A DNA stretch of 64,000 nt from Bispira polyomma (GCA_965649765.1 OZ287750.1:31682001-31746000), one strand, 5' to 3'. Shown: positions 12,984 to 26,198, numbered from the stretch's first letter. Made by a program: numbers and translations. Notes: generated by a model from the sequence alone, not told the origin.

Positions 12984-13635
12984 TACGGAAGAATATAAGG
13001 GCCAACTTTTTTTTTTTTTTAAATTATTGAGATAATATCTCGATAAATTGATATAATTTAGAATTTTTTTTTTTTAAATTGTTGAGATAATATCTTTTGA
13101 TATTTATGGTGACTTAAGATCACCATAATGGGAATGATTTAAAATTTAACATTAACTATAATAACCATGCTTTTAAGGTTAACTTTAATTAAGAAAAGTA
13201 GAATGACTTGAGTTTATCTACCCATTATAGCATACTACTAGTGAAGAAGAGACTTAAGGTCATCTTACATCTTGTTTAAGTTACTTGAATCGTTACTAGT
13301 AACTCAGCAGTTTTAGTTAAGGCAACCTTAAGGGCTACCTTTCAAAATCAACTGCCATTTATATTTAAGGCATTACTTGTAGTATGTACTATATGTTATA
13401 AATGCGTTATATGCATAATTTACTAAAATGCCCAAACGCCATGCTATTAACATTGGAAAATAAAATATATTATACCAAAAAAAAACAAACTCAAAATTAT
13501 CTCGATTTATCGAGATATTATCTTAACAATTAAAAAAAAAAAAAAAAAATTCCTTTAAATTATCTCAATTTATCGAGATATTATCTCGACAATTAAAAAA
13601 AAAAGAAAAAAAGTTGGCCCTTGTACTCTTTCGTA
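12984..13635. mobile_element. IS3EU-type MITE in the Gypsy 3' LTR
   Basis: Long TIRs starting TACGGAAGAATATAAGGGCCAACTTTT / AAAAGTTGGCCCTTGTACTCTTTCGTA with subterminal repeats. 6-bp TSD ATATTA (12978-12983, 13636-13641). TAYGG termini plus a 6-bp TSD match IS3EU. Confidence 0.8.
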
Positions 13636-14936
13636 ATATTATTACAATGTTAGCATAACTTATAAAGATCTTTTTGTAAAAGCAAAAGTTTGTGCCTGCT
13701 AATATGAACAATCGGTCTGTGTATGTTAAGCATCTGCGGCGACCAAGTACATGGTGACTTCGATGACCACTTTAAAGGGTGGCTCATGGTCACTCGGTCC
13801 AACGGTCACTAAATACCCTTATGGAGGTTGATAAATGTTCATCCCCAGGCATCACTCTTCAGTTAGGAAATGACATTTACTACTGCTGGTTGGCTCTACT
13901 TGGGCAGTTTAAACAAATTTAAATTCATTCCAAGTTATGATTGTTTTCAGACAATATAACTTCAAAAAGTAAACCTAAACATGTAACACTAAAAAAGAAA
14001 TTGTAAAATGATATGTCAACATAAAGTTTTATAACAACCAGTAATGTAACAGTCAGTGTTCAACATGTCACAACCCTTTAAATTTTTCAAAATATTTAGT
14101 GAAACAATTTCACTTAGCACTCAACAAATGAGTTCATTCATAAAAGACATATGCTTTTGAAAACATCACCCCCTACCTTACTATTCTAAAAGTTCAAAAC
14201 CTGGGAAAATCATTGGAAGTGTATAACAATGTGTCATATAACCACAAGAAAAATTTTCACAAAAATTGTCCATGCAGAGGTGCTTTACTTAATTTATAAA
14301 ATCATCAAATGTATTCACACTTTGATAAGCATAACATACTCATAGAACAATGTGGATTACTTTTCAAGCATGAAATAGAACTACTCTTTGGTCAGTAGAT
14401 GTACCTGCCATGGAAAAAAATGGTGACATCAGAACATATTATTCGGGTGTATAATGATTGTCAAGAGAGGTCATTTAAACAACAACAATCCTTTGTAGAA
14501 TCCCTAGTGTTTGGGTCCTAATGTACAGATCCATCAAAACAAAAACTCTTTACAAATCAAATGGCGGCCACATTATCAATTGGTTTATTTTAAGTAAAGC
14601 ATTTACCTTTTTTATTCTAACATTTAATTTGGGGAAAACAGAATGTTATGTCTAATGCAAACCAAGCTTGCAAGATGAACATAAGGATGGGTGACCTCAA
14701 TTCCAAAAATCAGTAAAAACTCGGTTCATTTGGTATAATAGAAAGTTTACCCTTAGGCTGTTTTACCAAGTTAGCTCAGAAGCTGGTCATATAATAATAC
14801 TTTAACATAAAGAATAGAATGAACAAATATAAAATAATTACTATTTACTCAAGTTTCCATGATTTTATGTTAATATTATTTTGTACTTCAGAACACTTTA
14901 GTCATAGTAGACTCTGTGGTTGTTTTAATTGATCAG

Positions 14937-15638
14937 GGCATATATTTACGAAATGTCATTGACTTAGCCAAAATTTAGGCTATGGCCGGTTGTAAATCTA
15001 AGACTTCTGTCTCAGCTAAGTTTTGGGCTTAAATGATATTCACGAAAGGAGGCTTAGCTAAGACTGTGTTAAGACAAAAGTCTTAATTTTATATTGCTTT
15101 ATTTACAATAATACACCATATTATTTACAGTTTTTGTACACACTAATATACTATATGATTATTTAGGCCTATATGAACATCCTAGAGTAAAAATAAAATA
15201 AATATCAATTAACACAATTTTTTTTTATTAAACTTAGACTTAAGACTGGCTAAGCCCCTTCAAAATCATTTATGATTCAAAATGTTAGGAATTATATGAC
15301 TTTTTGTTTGATTCATAACAGGTTACAGTTTGGTTTGTTTGATATTTGATGTCATGCTATCAAAGTTAAATGTTTATAGTTTATAATACACGGCAAAAGG
15401 ACAATGCTTTATTTGTAATAGTTATGTAGAAAAGCCTAAGACTTTTTACGGTAAAGTTAAGCCCACTACCTACCTGTCTTAAAGTTAAGCCCTTGACTAA
15501 TCTAAAACTCAGGCTTAGCTGCTTTGTGAATACTGCTAAGTCTACCACCAAAGACTTAGCAATTTTTTCCCAAAAGTTATGACAAAAGTCTTAACTTTAG
15601 ACCTAAGTCCAGGCTAAGCCCTTTTGTGAATACGAGCC
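14937..15638. mobile_element. Harbinger-type MITE with CAG TSD, just downstream of the K2 stop codon
   Basis: Imperfect TIRs GGCATATATTTACGAAA / TTTTGTGAATACGAGCC; CAG at 14934-14936 and 15639-15641; internal CTTAG/CTAAG repeats. Absent at the equivalent K1 position. Confidence 0.75.
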
Positions 15639-15650
15639 CAGTCTTTGTTG

Positions 15651-17091
15651 TTATATGCGCCCAAGCTGATCTTTGACGTAACTTCCTGGTGGTCTCCTCT
15701 TAGGGTTGACATTCAACATATCTTCTGCCAAAATATCCAAAGCTTCTTTCCTCCTTGATGTTGTTCCTTCAAAATACAGGAATTTAGATAGAATATTAGT
15801 GTTGAATTTATATAGATTATTAGTGTTGATCAGACTGTTGATCTGGTTATAGAATGATTTGCAATTCTATTCCAAGTACATCTATAACGTTTAGACTTTT
15901 TTAATTGGGTTTTTAACATCACGTTTAACAGCTTAGGTCATATCACAATGGCCAGATTCAATGGTAGAAGAAAATTAAGTGCCTGTCCATCTTTGCTACA
16001 TGAAGGAACAAACGTTATTTACACTGATGTACAATATGTAAAAATGACAGTTATTGGGTATACCACCTGTGTGCAAGATGAAAACTAGGTTTCTGATGAT
16101 GAATCTTGCTCTATTGTGGTATTGTTAGGGAATGTGTGACTAACTGATGTATTGCATGTCAGTTTGGAGTAATATCAAATTTTAACACTTGAAAGAGTTA
16201 CTAATAACACAATGAAGTTTATGTGTACAAGTTTTAAAAACAAATTTCAAATTACACAATCTATTTTACACTATCTTCAGCTGTATGAAGTGATGTAAAA
16301 TCAAAGTAAATTCAAAATTAAAAAAGTGCGATTGAAATCCATGTCAACATTAAACACCCTACATTTACTTAAAATATGACATTTTGAAACTTTTGATATC
16401 AAAACAACGACACAAAATGTTACTGTGTAATAAAAGTAGTACATAGCAACGCATTCACCTAGCACTTGTAACACCCTTGCAATGGAGTAGATGTCTGCTG
16501 AGTTATGGTATCTACCTTTGTTGATCACTTCAGGAGCTACATAGGATGGTGTACCACATAGAGTCTGGAAGTAGATGGTCTCAAAGTGTGAAATGGATTC
16601 CGCAAAATTGCCTATGCCAAAGTCAGCGAGTTTGACATAGGGTCTCATGAATGCAAACAATGCACTGCTAAGCAATATGTTAGCGGGTTTAAAATCCCTG
16701 TGTATAACACCCTTGGAATGGATGTAGTTCACTGCACGCATACCTGCTTCATCACGGAAATGATATCATCTATGGTCATTCTGTTATCTTGTATGTATTG
16801 CTCCAAATCACTCAGGTCACAATACTCCATCCAAATCATCAATTTTCCATCACGACTGACCTCTGCACTGTATATCTTGGTGATATTAGGATGCTCACTG
16901 ACCTTATCCAAGGTCTCAGCTTCTCTTATTGCCAGCTGCTTTGTTTAGTAGTTTGGTAAAGACACCATCTTGACCGCATATTTACGGGCATACAAAGGAT
17001 AGTCGACCAAGTATACAGCTCCAAAGGCTCCATCACCAAGGTATCTGTACTTTTGAACACCACTTACAGTCCAACTGAACAGGTTGCCCAT
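15651..17091 (-). pseudogene. Kinase paralog K2, pseudogene
   Basis: Starts MGNLFSW at 17091 and is colinear with K1. In-frame TAA near 16946 (GAA in K1), 1-bp deletion near 16736, and the donor changed from GTAAGT to CTATGT near 16446. Exon 2 (15766-15651) is intact and the same 116-nt length as in K1. Confidence 0.9.
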
Positions 17092-18682
17092 GTTTGTTTG
17101 AAAAATCAAGGAAATCAATTGCTAAACTAGAGTAGTGTCCATACATGTATACAAAAAGAAACACTGTTCTGTTTGAGTGCAATAATGTGTGTGCAGCACA
17201 CAGATACAACTACAGAGATATGCATTTATAAACACCTTTACACTACCAATACACGTTTGATCAAAATTAAGTATTTGATGAGATCTTGAAAGATGATGTA
17301 CATTGGACCTGACACCAGAACAAAAGTACTACTTGAATACAATCTTCTGTGTTATATCAGTATTAAGTGTCAGGGCAATGGCAAAAAGCTGTGGCTTGAT
17401 TGTCTTTTATATCTAAAAAAAAACTCATTATTTCAAGAAAATGGGGTTAATATTTAAGTCATAGTATATTACTTACTACGTATTATTACATATTTGTCTT
17501 CCACATGCTCTCTCGTAACGATAGAGCTAATTGGTACGATTGCTCTGAATGGCCAAAAAGGTTTCACAAATATGAACAAAATAAAAACAAATTAAGAAAT
17601 TTCATAGTTATTTCACGATGTTTCTGATGCCAAAAACGCAACTTGAGAAGTATGAAACGTATAGAACTTCCTCTAGCTGGAAGCAATTTTTGATGGATAC
17701 GTATGCCTAACATGGATGTATGAAAACACAAAATAAATATAGCGAGAGTGAACATTTTGCGTATGTATCACATATTTGGATTACACATATATGGAAACAG
17801 GGCATAAAGAAATAGAGAACCAAAATGTTGAGGTGTATGTGTGCCTTGTAGTGATAACTTTTACGTGTGTAAACCGGTTACTGGTTCATAAAATGACAGT
17901 GAACATGTCAACATAACTTAAAGATCTTTTTCTTGAAACTAAAATTTTCTTCTTGCTAATATGAACAATTGGTCTGTGTATGTTAAGCATCAGTTGTTGA
18001 AAATATACTGTTTCTTGCTGTACGACTGGGTCCAATGTCAGATTGTAATCGATCTGGATCATAGGATTCATAGATTGTATATGGTTAATGGTGCCAGTTG
18101 CTACAATACAGTTACCAGTGCTGGTTGACTGTACTTGTACAGTGTAGAAAAATCTAATGTCTGGAATACCAGATAAAGGTAGATCAATCTGAATATAAGG
18201 CAATGCAACAATATAACAATTGAACCATATGTTTTTCTTAGATATATATAGGTTATTGGGAATTTCTGTAATTGACCTGTTGCATTAGTAGGAAGAAAAT
18301 CAACTGTTGTATGCTGAACAGAGGACCTGGTTTCGCTCCCAGGCAAATATGTAGATATGTAGTAGTTTGTATGACCACTTGGGGACATTGATAAATTATC
18401 ATCTTCAAATCCCCCCTCCCGTCAGTTAGGGGAATGACTGTACTTGGGAAGTCAAACAAATGTAAATTACCTGTTGGTAGTAGGATGAGATATTTGTTTA
18501 TTATAGTAACTAGTATATACATTTCATGTTACAATTAACAGTAAACACTAATAATCATACCCAATATGACAAGACCTTTTCAATCACTTCACATACATTA
18601 ATTGATATATTAATGTTACATACCACTATTAATAAGTCTCATTTGATAGTCAAGCTATTCATTTGATCATTTTACACATGCA

Positions 18683-19841
18683 TTATATATGCTCCAGTGT
18701 AGTTTTAACGTCGCCTGTGAGGATCACGCCTGGTCATCTTACTTGCTAATCTAGTTAGGGCATGTTTTTTAGTCACTAATCCTGTGGCTATATGGAAACA
18801 AAAACAGTAAATTTTATTTCTTTACAAGGCTCGGTTATATTTGTTTCAACATTGCCAATTAAAAGAGTTCACTTTTATGAAAGAGTGCTTATTAGGATTT
18901 CCAGTCAACCCTTGTTCCAATTTATTTCATATATAATAAAATGAATAGTCATTGAAATGGTTTAGGTTCCCTTAACCATATTTATATGTTTGTACAATAT
19001 ATAAATTATGCACACAGACAAGAAGAAATAATTTACAAAATTTTCACATGAAAGTCTCCAAGTTTCCACCTCTATTGAGATCTCTGTATAAAACTGTGTA
19101 GGAGATTTACCATCTCTAAGTTGGAGAATAAAATAGACCAGAAAGATTAATTACATTCCATCAAAGGTAAAATAATAATATTATTGCAAAACTGGACTTA
19201 CTTATTTTCTGAATCATAACTTCGAGCAACACTCCCATAGAATAGATATCAGCTGAGTTATTGTACCTTCCTCTTTGCCTCACTTCAGGAGCCACATAGG
19301 ATGGTGTACCACATTGTGTACTGAAGTAGATCTGCTCAAAATAAGTAATAGACCCAACAAAATTTCCAATCCCAAAATCAGCCAGTTTGACAAGCGGTAT
19401 TGCCCGAGGCAAACCCATCAATAATATGTTGGCTGGTTTAGTGTCCCTGTGAATCACACCCTTGGAATGAATGTAGTTCACAGCATCACATAATTGTACC
19501 ACCAGCGAGATGACATCCCCAACAGAAAGGCAAGTTATTTCCATGTAGTGTTTCAAGTCACCAAGGTCACAATGTTCCATTCAAATTAGCAATGCTCCAT
19601 CACAAGTGCTATTAGCTCCAACAATTTTTACGATATTTCTGTGATATCCAACCTTTTTCAGTGTGTCCACTTCTTTCAGTGCTTGCTTTTCTATGTGACC
19701 ATTGGGTAAGTTCACAACTTTCACTGCATAATTATCATCGTACCGCCAATATTTAACAAAGTAAACAGATCGAAAGGCTCCTCTGCCAAGACACTTATAT
19801 TTCTCAATATCCCTCTTTTTCCAAGAGTTTTTGTTACCCAT
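18683..19841 (-). pseudogene. Kinase paralog K3, probable pseudogene (exon 1 19841-19202; exon 2 18781-~18683)
   Basis: Starts MGNKNS. In-frame TGA at 19581-19583 replaces the Trp of IWMEHC. Donor A|GTAAGT at 19201; acceptor CAG| at 18782. Exon 2 reads RLVTKKHALTRLASKMTRRDPHRR, then a small deletion shifts the frame before the ancestral VKTTLEHI* tail. Confidence 0.85.
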
Positions 19842-22800
19842 AATAGAATTGATGAAATGTTCCCTCCTTTCATATGAAGAAAATTGAACTTTACAAGCCT
19901 TTGTTGGGTAAATTTTACAGTCAGTGCAAATTCATATTTAGTAAACTGATTACTGTGTTTGGATCAGCAATCTATGATGGCAAAAAAACCGTGTGAGGTT
20001 ATATTGCGATTGAAACAGACCAAAATATCAATGTTTAAATTGAGATTTTCTTATCTCTGTTTTCTAAATATTAAGCTATTGTCTGGTTGATTCACACAAC
20101 TTGATATAGTATGTAGATTTTAGCTTACCAGAAATTACTTTTGTAATCCAGGTATTTCTTTATGTAGTAGAATTATTTCCATGTACACTTACAAATAACT
20201 ATAAAAATATTCAGCTTTGCACTTTAGGCTGGATAAAGCCAGCTGATGTAAGCTAGTTATACCTGTTATACATGAGTGTGGTTATCTATATATTGTGTGT
20301 ACAAGATTGTATTAGATAACATTTACTAAGGGCAGTTTCCATGCAAAAAAAAACAACTATGAGAAATTTTTCTGTAATATTTATGGGAAAATATTATGTT
20401 GCATGCATGGTACATGTTACCATGGTAAACTGAATGCAATGAGTTTGTGTGAACTAGTACTACTAGTCTCCCCAGAGTGCAAGCAGGTAAGTCAAAGTTA
20501 TTTGAAAGATTTGGTTTGACCAAGATGATTGCCATGGGGTGAAAGGGTTGTGATAATATGCAAACGAGTTCTTAACACTTTGGACATGTTATTATATACA
20601 CATATTATTAGTAAATTACTACAACCAATCTAAGTTAAGGTTACCTTAACTTATGATATAACCAATTCTAAAGTTATGGTTACGTTAAAGCCTTCAGTTA
20701 AGTACATGCTGAGGTTAAGGTGCTCTTAGCTAAATTTCCATGCACCTGCATGCTATAGTGAGAAATGATCCTTTTTATCGGAATGTTCCAAAATGTTTCA
20801 GAAATATTTGATAAGTGAGTATTGGTCACACAAGTTTTAAACTGTTAAAAAAAAGCTTCACGGATCTGCCTTTTGTGCCATGTTTGATGGTGATTTCCCC
20901 ATTTTTGTTTAAAGTGACCATTCGTGTCACAAATGTGACAGTATGTGGCATAATTTGCAGTATGTGGTAAAAGGTTTGGGTTCATATTTATAAGTTTGCA
21001 AACTTATTAGTGACAACAAATTCTCTGCTCATTTCACGAAATGAGCAAGTAAATGTACGATTCCATGTGAGTGTGTATTCATGCAATATTGATGACACAA
21101 TAGTGATCTTAAGTGTATGTTTGTTCCGTGTTAGTGACACATTGTGACATATTAGTGTCAGAAGGTAACACAAATATGATTTTAAAATGTTTATATCAAA
21201 ATATGACAACAGAGAGAAATCTACAGAAGGATCGGCCACTTTCAGTTATATCACTTTCATTTCGTCAAATCTAGAAATTGTCACAGCATTTGAGCAACGC
21301 TCACACCAGTTGCTCTACACCTTTGTATCTGTTGCCCTAGCACACATGTATTAGTGGTCAGAAGTCCAGAGTCAGTGAGATGGTGAAAAAGTTCAAAAGA
21401 AACTTGTAAAATTATTGTAAGAAACTGCACTTTAAGTCCCATAAAAATTCACCATGTTATGTTCGATTTATATTTATATATATAGCACAGATAATTAATT
21501 TCCTTTAAGACACAACCAAAGGAGTATCATTTGTAAGGTTTGTCACAAACTTATATTGAGATTATTAATAATTGGTGAAAGCTCAGGAATGTGGCATTTT
21601 GACCTGGGAGAATTTTGTGAATTCAGTGCTGGCCCAGGTCCCAGATCCAGATAAACATGCTAAATGCCTTACAATATTTATTATATTTTTTCTACATTCT
21701 ACATTTAATATTGTGTATATTCGGTAATTAGGAAAGTGCTACTTCATAGTGGCTAGCCGCAGATTTATCCGTTTTATTAAAAAATATAACAAAATAATAA
21801 ACATTTTAGTTCCATCTTGTTAGTTAAATAACTACAGAAAATTAAAAAAAAGTCACTCTAATACACAAAAAAGCTGTTCTCAGGTGCAATTAGTTATTTG
21901 CAAACAGCATCAATATAATTCACTAACACCTGACACTTGAATGTATATAGTTGTAGCAATATAAAGTCTTAACTAAAACTCATCAGATAAACGGACATCA
22001 TTCCTACACCTGCGGGCACCAGTCCCTTAACTCTTAACGAAGGACAGGTGTAACCTTCTGCAAAACAAATTTTAGGCAATAATAAAACATTTAGATAAAT
22101 AGAGCATATTAAATATACATACGAGTATTAGATTATGAATGCAAAACCTGACACTTTGAACTTGACACACCGATATATATATAAAATTTGTACATACAGA
22201 CTAACCGGGGTTCACATTGAACACACCAATCGTACATAGAACGATTAATCAAGTTTGGTCTAGTTATTTAAAAAGTTTGGCATCACAGCATATTCTAAAT
22301 TATTGAAGATGACTGATCAAGAAAAATTTAAACTCATTTAACAAATAGATAGCCATCTACAAAACTAGTGAATCAATGTACCTGTTGCCAGATATGAACA
22401 TGATTTGTGTTTTAACTTTTAGTGTGGTAAACAAACTTTTTTAATTTTGTTGTTATTTAAGTTTTATAAAAAAAAAATTATTGTAAATTAAAATTGAATT
22501 TTTATTCTTTACCAAAATATTCAATTGCCAACAGTTTTTCAGTTAAAAGTAAACATGTATTATTTTAGAATATTTTGGGCCAATAAAACACAATTAAATA
22601 GGTGAACTGATCTACTTAATACAGTTTGATATATTCTTACAGTGGGTGTATATTTGTTTAAAATAAATTAAATCAAACTAGCAGTTTCCGTTACAGTAGA
22701 CAGACAGACACTTATTAAAAACACACAATGTTATACAATATTATCATTTCAATAGTTGGTTCCATCAGTTTGGGTTCTAAGATAAATTATTCACTTTGTA

Positions 22801-22946
22801 TACATACATTGGTTAACTGATTGTAGCAAATATATTCAAAGTTAGCATCACCACTTCCATCATTACTAATATATTGTCAACTTATTGTGCTTTACAAATC
22901 AGTTTTTAACTGATCCACATTATTGTTCTCTTTGGCCAGGTATTGT

Positions 22947-23059
22947 TCATATAGCACAAAGTTTTGTCTTGACGTCACTTCCACTTGGTCTGCGGCTGGG
23001 TTCACATCTGGTCATTTCACTTACCAATCTCTCTAAAGCAGCTTTCTTGTTTGACTGTT
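22947..23059 (-). pseudogene. Orphan exon 2 of a fourth kinase paralog (K4)
   Basis: Acceptor TTTTGTCATTACAG|, then phase-1 reading QSNKKAALERLVSEMTRCEPSRRPSGSDVKTKLCAI*, which aligns with K1/K2/K3 exon 2. No exon 1 was found in the window. Confidence 0.75.
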
Positions 23060-24299
23060 CTGTAATGACAAAAGTTTTTAGGGTATGTCAACATGACTAG
23101 GTACAAGATCATCATGTTCAACGTTTATAACTCTATAACTATAACTAATCTATCTGTAGCCTGCTTATCTATACACCATGCAGTAGCCACATATTTTACC
23201 AGCATGTTTATTGATATTGATAAAATCTGAATTAAAAAGGATAAGAATCTCATGATTAAAATACATTATTGTACTGAGAGTTTTGTTCATAATATATTTA
23301 CCTGGGGTGGAAAACCTCAACCAGAATTAAAAAGTGACACATATATTTATTTAATGGTTTCATCTGATATCCATCGTGTCTTAGTTAAAAAATTTAAATA
23401 ATTGTGTATTATATAAATTTATTCATATAAGTCGTGCACAAATAAAGTGCAAAACCACATTTAAAAACAGTAAAATGGAACCATTAGACATGTATTATTA
23501 ACTTGTGAGTAAATGTGAACTTTATGTTGTACATAGGTAATTCAGATTTCAAGTATTTCCTTGATATTTTTATTTTGGCTCACTGAGATCAAGAGGTATA
23601 TTTGACAGATACTTACCTACTTTAACAAAAAAACTTACTTAAAATTTAAGTAAACTAACATGCTGACTCATTAGATTACAAAATATCATGTTGCACACAT
23701 TGAAAGCACGGAAATGGAACTTTGGAGAAGAAATGTTGGATTCTTTTAAGTGTGATAGTTTGTATAAAAACACTGGGAATTTTAAAATAATAAATGAGCT
23801 TATACGGCGTAGACCGAGTTTTCTGTCCTCGACAATGCTTTGATTTACTGACGAGGGATGCCAACGACCGCATATCAGTAAAAAAAACACCGTTTCGACA
23901 ACAGAGAAATTGGTCTAATATGGCGGGAATTTTTAAAGAAAACTAATATACATCAACATACATGTATTTGTATATTTTTTCAGTTAAATTATAATAATCC
24001 CACGTGTCTATCTGATTAATTAAAACAGTAAATGAAATCAATTACAACACATTTACAACTCTTTCTGCAGAACAAAGCTTTACTGCACGAGTTCTCAATT
24101 ATTTACGTCTGATTCCCATAACGTGTTCGTGTAGTCCATAGACCTCACGTTTTGTAGCTGTGACGGTTATATATATTGTCATTTAATAGGGTCGTCAATT
24201 GATTGTTGAATAAACTGTCCACCCCGCCCCCCACACACACCCTCCTTATGTTTATATCACGTTCACAATGTTCAGTATCTAATGAATTAGACATATAAA

Positions 24300-25290
24300 T
24301 AGTTGTGTGTTATTACAGTGGTATTTTAAGTTAGTGTAGTTGTAAGTGAATGCAGTGGTATTTTAAATTAGTGTAGTTGTAAGTAGTATATTAGTGCACT
24401 ATGTACGTAGTAAATACAGTGATATTTAAGTGTAATTGTAAGTAGTATATTAGTGCATTATGTATATATAATGGAGTTGTAAATGAGTGTAGTTCTAAAT
24501 AAAAATGTAGTGGTATTTGAAATTAACGTAGTTGTAAGTAGTATATCAGTATATAATGGATGTATTATGTAGTTTTAAATTAGTGTAGTTTGAAGTAAAT
24601 GCTTTGGTGGTATTTTAAGTTAGTGTAGTTGTAAGTAGTATATTAGTATATTATGTATGTATTATTGTGTTGGAAATGAGTGTAGTTCTAAGTAAATGGA
24701 GTGGTATTTCAAATTAGTGTAGTTGTAAGTAGTATATTAGTACATAATGGATGTATTATGTATGTATTATGCAGTTTTAATTTAGTAAGTGAATGCAGAG
24801 GTATTTTAAATTAATGCAGTTGTAAGTAGGAAATTGGCGTATCATGTATGTACTGTGTAGTTGTAAATTAGTTTAGTCATAAGTAGTATATAAATACATT
24901 ATGTACAGCATAGCGGACGGGACAGCGATAGCGGACAATAACTTAAAACATTAGCATCTAAAATGGGTCAGAATACTTGTTAAATCCATAAACTGTGTAT
25001 ATTTTAAATTACTGTCCACTAAGCTGTTCACCGTCCGCTTAGCTGTCCACCCCTGTAGTTTTAAAGTAGTGTAGATATAAGAAAATCCAATGGTATTTTC
25101 TTAGTGTAGTTGTAAGTAAATTGGTACATTATGTATGTATTATCTTGTCAATTAGTGTAGATATAAGTAAATCCAGTCGTATATCAGGTTAGTGTAGTTA
25201 TAAGTAAATCCAGAGCTATTTTAAGTTAGTGTAGTTGTACGTTATTACTGTGGTATTTTAAGTAAGTGTAGTTGTAAGTAGTATGTTTTA
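24300..25290. repeat. Degenerate satellite (core TTAGTGTAGTTGTAAGTA)
   Basis: Many imperfect copies of the core motif. Confidence 0.8.
24906..25055. mobile_element. Short TA-flanked MITE (Tc1/mariner-like) within the satellite
   Basis: TA|CAG...AGCGGACGG...GACA at the left end and its inverse TGTC...CCGTCCGCT...CTG|TA at the right. Confidence 0.55.
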
Positions 25291-26070
25291 AGCCCTGTTA
25301 CACAAGTTTTGAGCAGTTTAAGCCCCGTTTTTGCCCTGTTTATGCCCCGACCACAGCCCTTTTCTCCAGTTCTCTCAAGATGTGCTTTCAGAGCCGAACA
25401 CACATAGAAGTTTTGAACATGTTCAAAATTTCCAGCTCTCCTCCAGTTCTTGCGAATCTCACCCGTTTATGCCTAGTTGATTCACAGATGTCATACGTTT
25501 ACTCAAGTTCACACAAGTCCTTCAAATTGGGAGCAAATGTCCTGATAGAATGTGAAGATGTGAACGCTACATACCATTACACTTTCCATAACCTTACAAT
25601 CGCAGATAGTGTAAGTGAATGTAGTGATATTTGAACTAGTGTAGTTGTAGTGTAGTTTTAGTGGTTCATCTAGGCTTATCATCTCAATATATTTAGACAA
25701 AATTAGATGTTTAAAAATTAAAAATCTCTGAAGTGTCCCTTTTGATTTCCAGGATGTATCTGCTTTCTGATCATTACAAAGAGAGAGAGTATTTTATTTT
25801 AGGTACCACCGCACAAATGATTACATTACAATAACAACATTGTAATATTGTTGTATAACTATATTATAAACAATAAATAAGATTTAAAATTGCAGCCAGC
25901 CCATATGACCTTGGCTTATGAGGCACTTTGTGCTCCATTAGTGATATTATATTATATAAAAGCAAACAGCATATTGAAGTATTTATGTAGCTCCAAATTG
26001 GTATTTCATTCTCTAAGGAGTTACTTCTCTAAACGATTGTTGTACAACATATCAGTTGGCAATGTTGTCT

Positions 26071-26165
26071 TGTGGCACTACCTTGAGTCAAACCAGGAAC
26101 CTTCTGATCACTATCAGTATTGGCACTACCTTGAGTCAAACCAGGAACCTTCTGATCACTATCAA
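26071..26165. repeat. 48-bp tandem duplication
   Basis: TGGCACTACCTTGAGTCAAACCAGGAACCTTCTGATCACTATCA occurs twice. Confidence 0.9.
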
Positions 26166-26198
26166 CTGCCTAATTACTTGGCCGCATGGTACAACCGT

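Larger units (their letters stand above)
6986..13646 (+). mobile_element. Degenerate Gypsy LTR retrotransposon carrying nested insertions
   Basis: 5' LTR TGTCAC(6986)...TTACA(7431), followed by PBS TGGTGGCAGCG (tRNA-Leu type). PPT AAGAAGGGGGA precedes the 3' LTR TGTTAC(12822)...TTACA(13646). The LTRs share TATTCATTTTAGTGTGCACCCA and TGTGTTCATCAAA. RNaseH remnant (DHEPL...RLQSMIL...LADNLS) at 7904-8110; integrase Zn-finger remnant at 8870-8916 plus 11938-12060. An empty paralogous site lies at ~17905. Confidence 0.85.

Noticed and set aside
19581-19583. Selenocysteine or readthrough TGA in kinase K3
   Set aside because: It is a single TGG>TGA change at a Trp conserved in paralogs, and K3 has other lesions (exon 2 deletion, GAFR, HRDTK).
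25290-25530. Complete MITE with palindrome TTTTGAACATGTTCAAAA
   Set aside because: It resembles one Harbinger-like end, but no matching second terminus was found.
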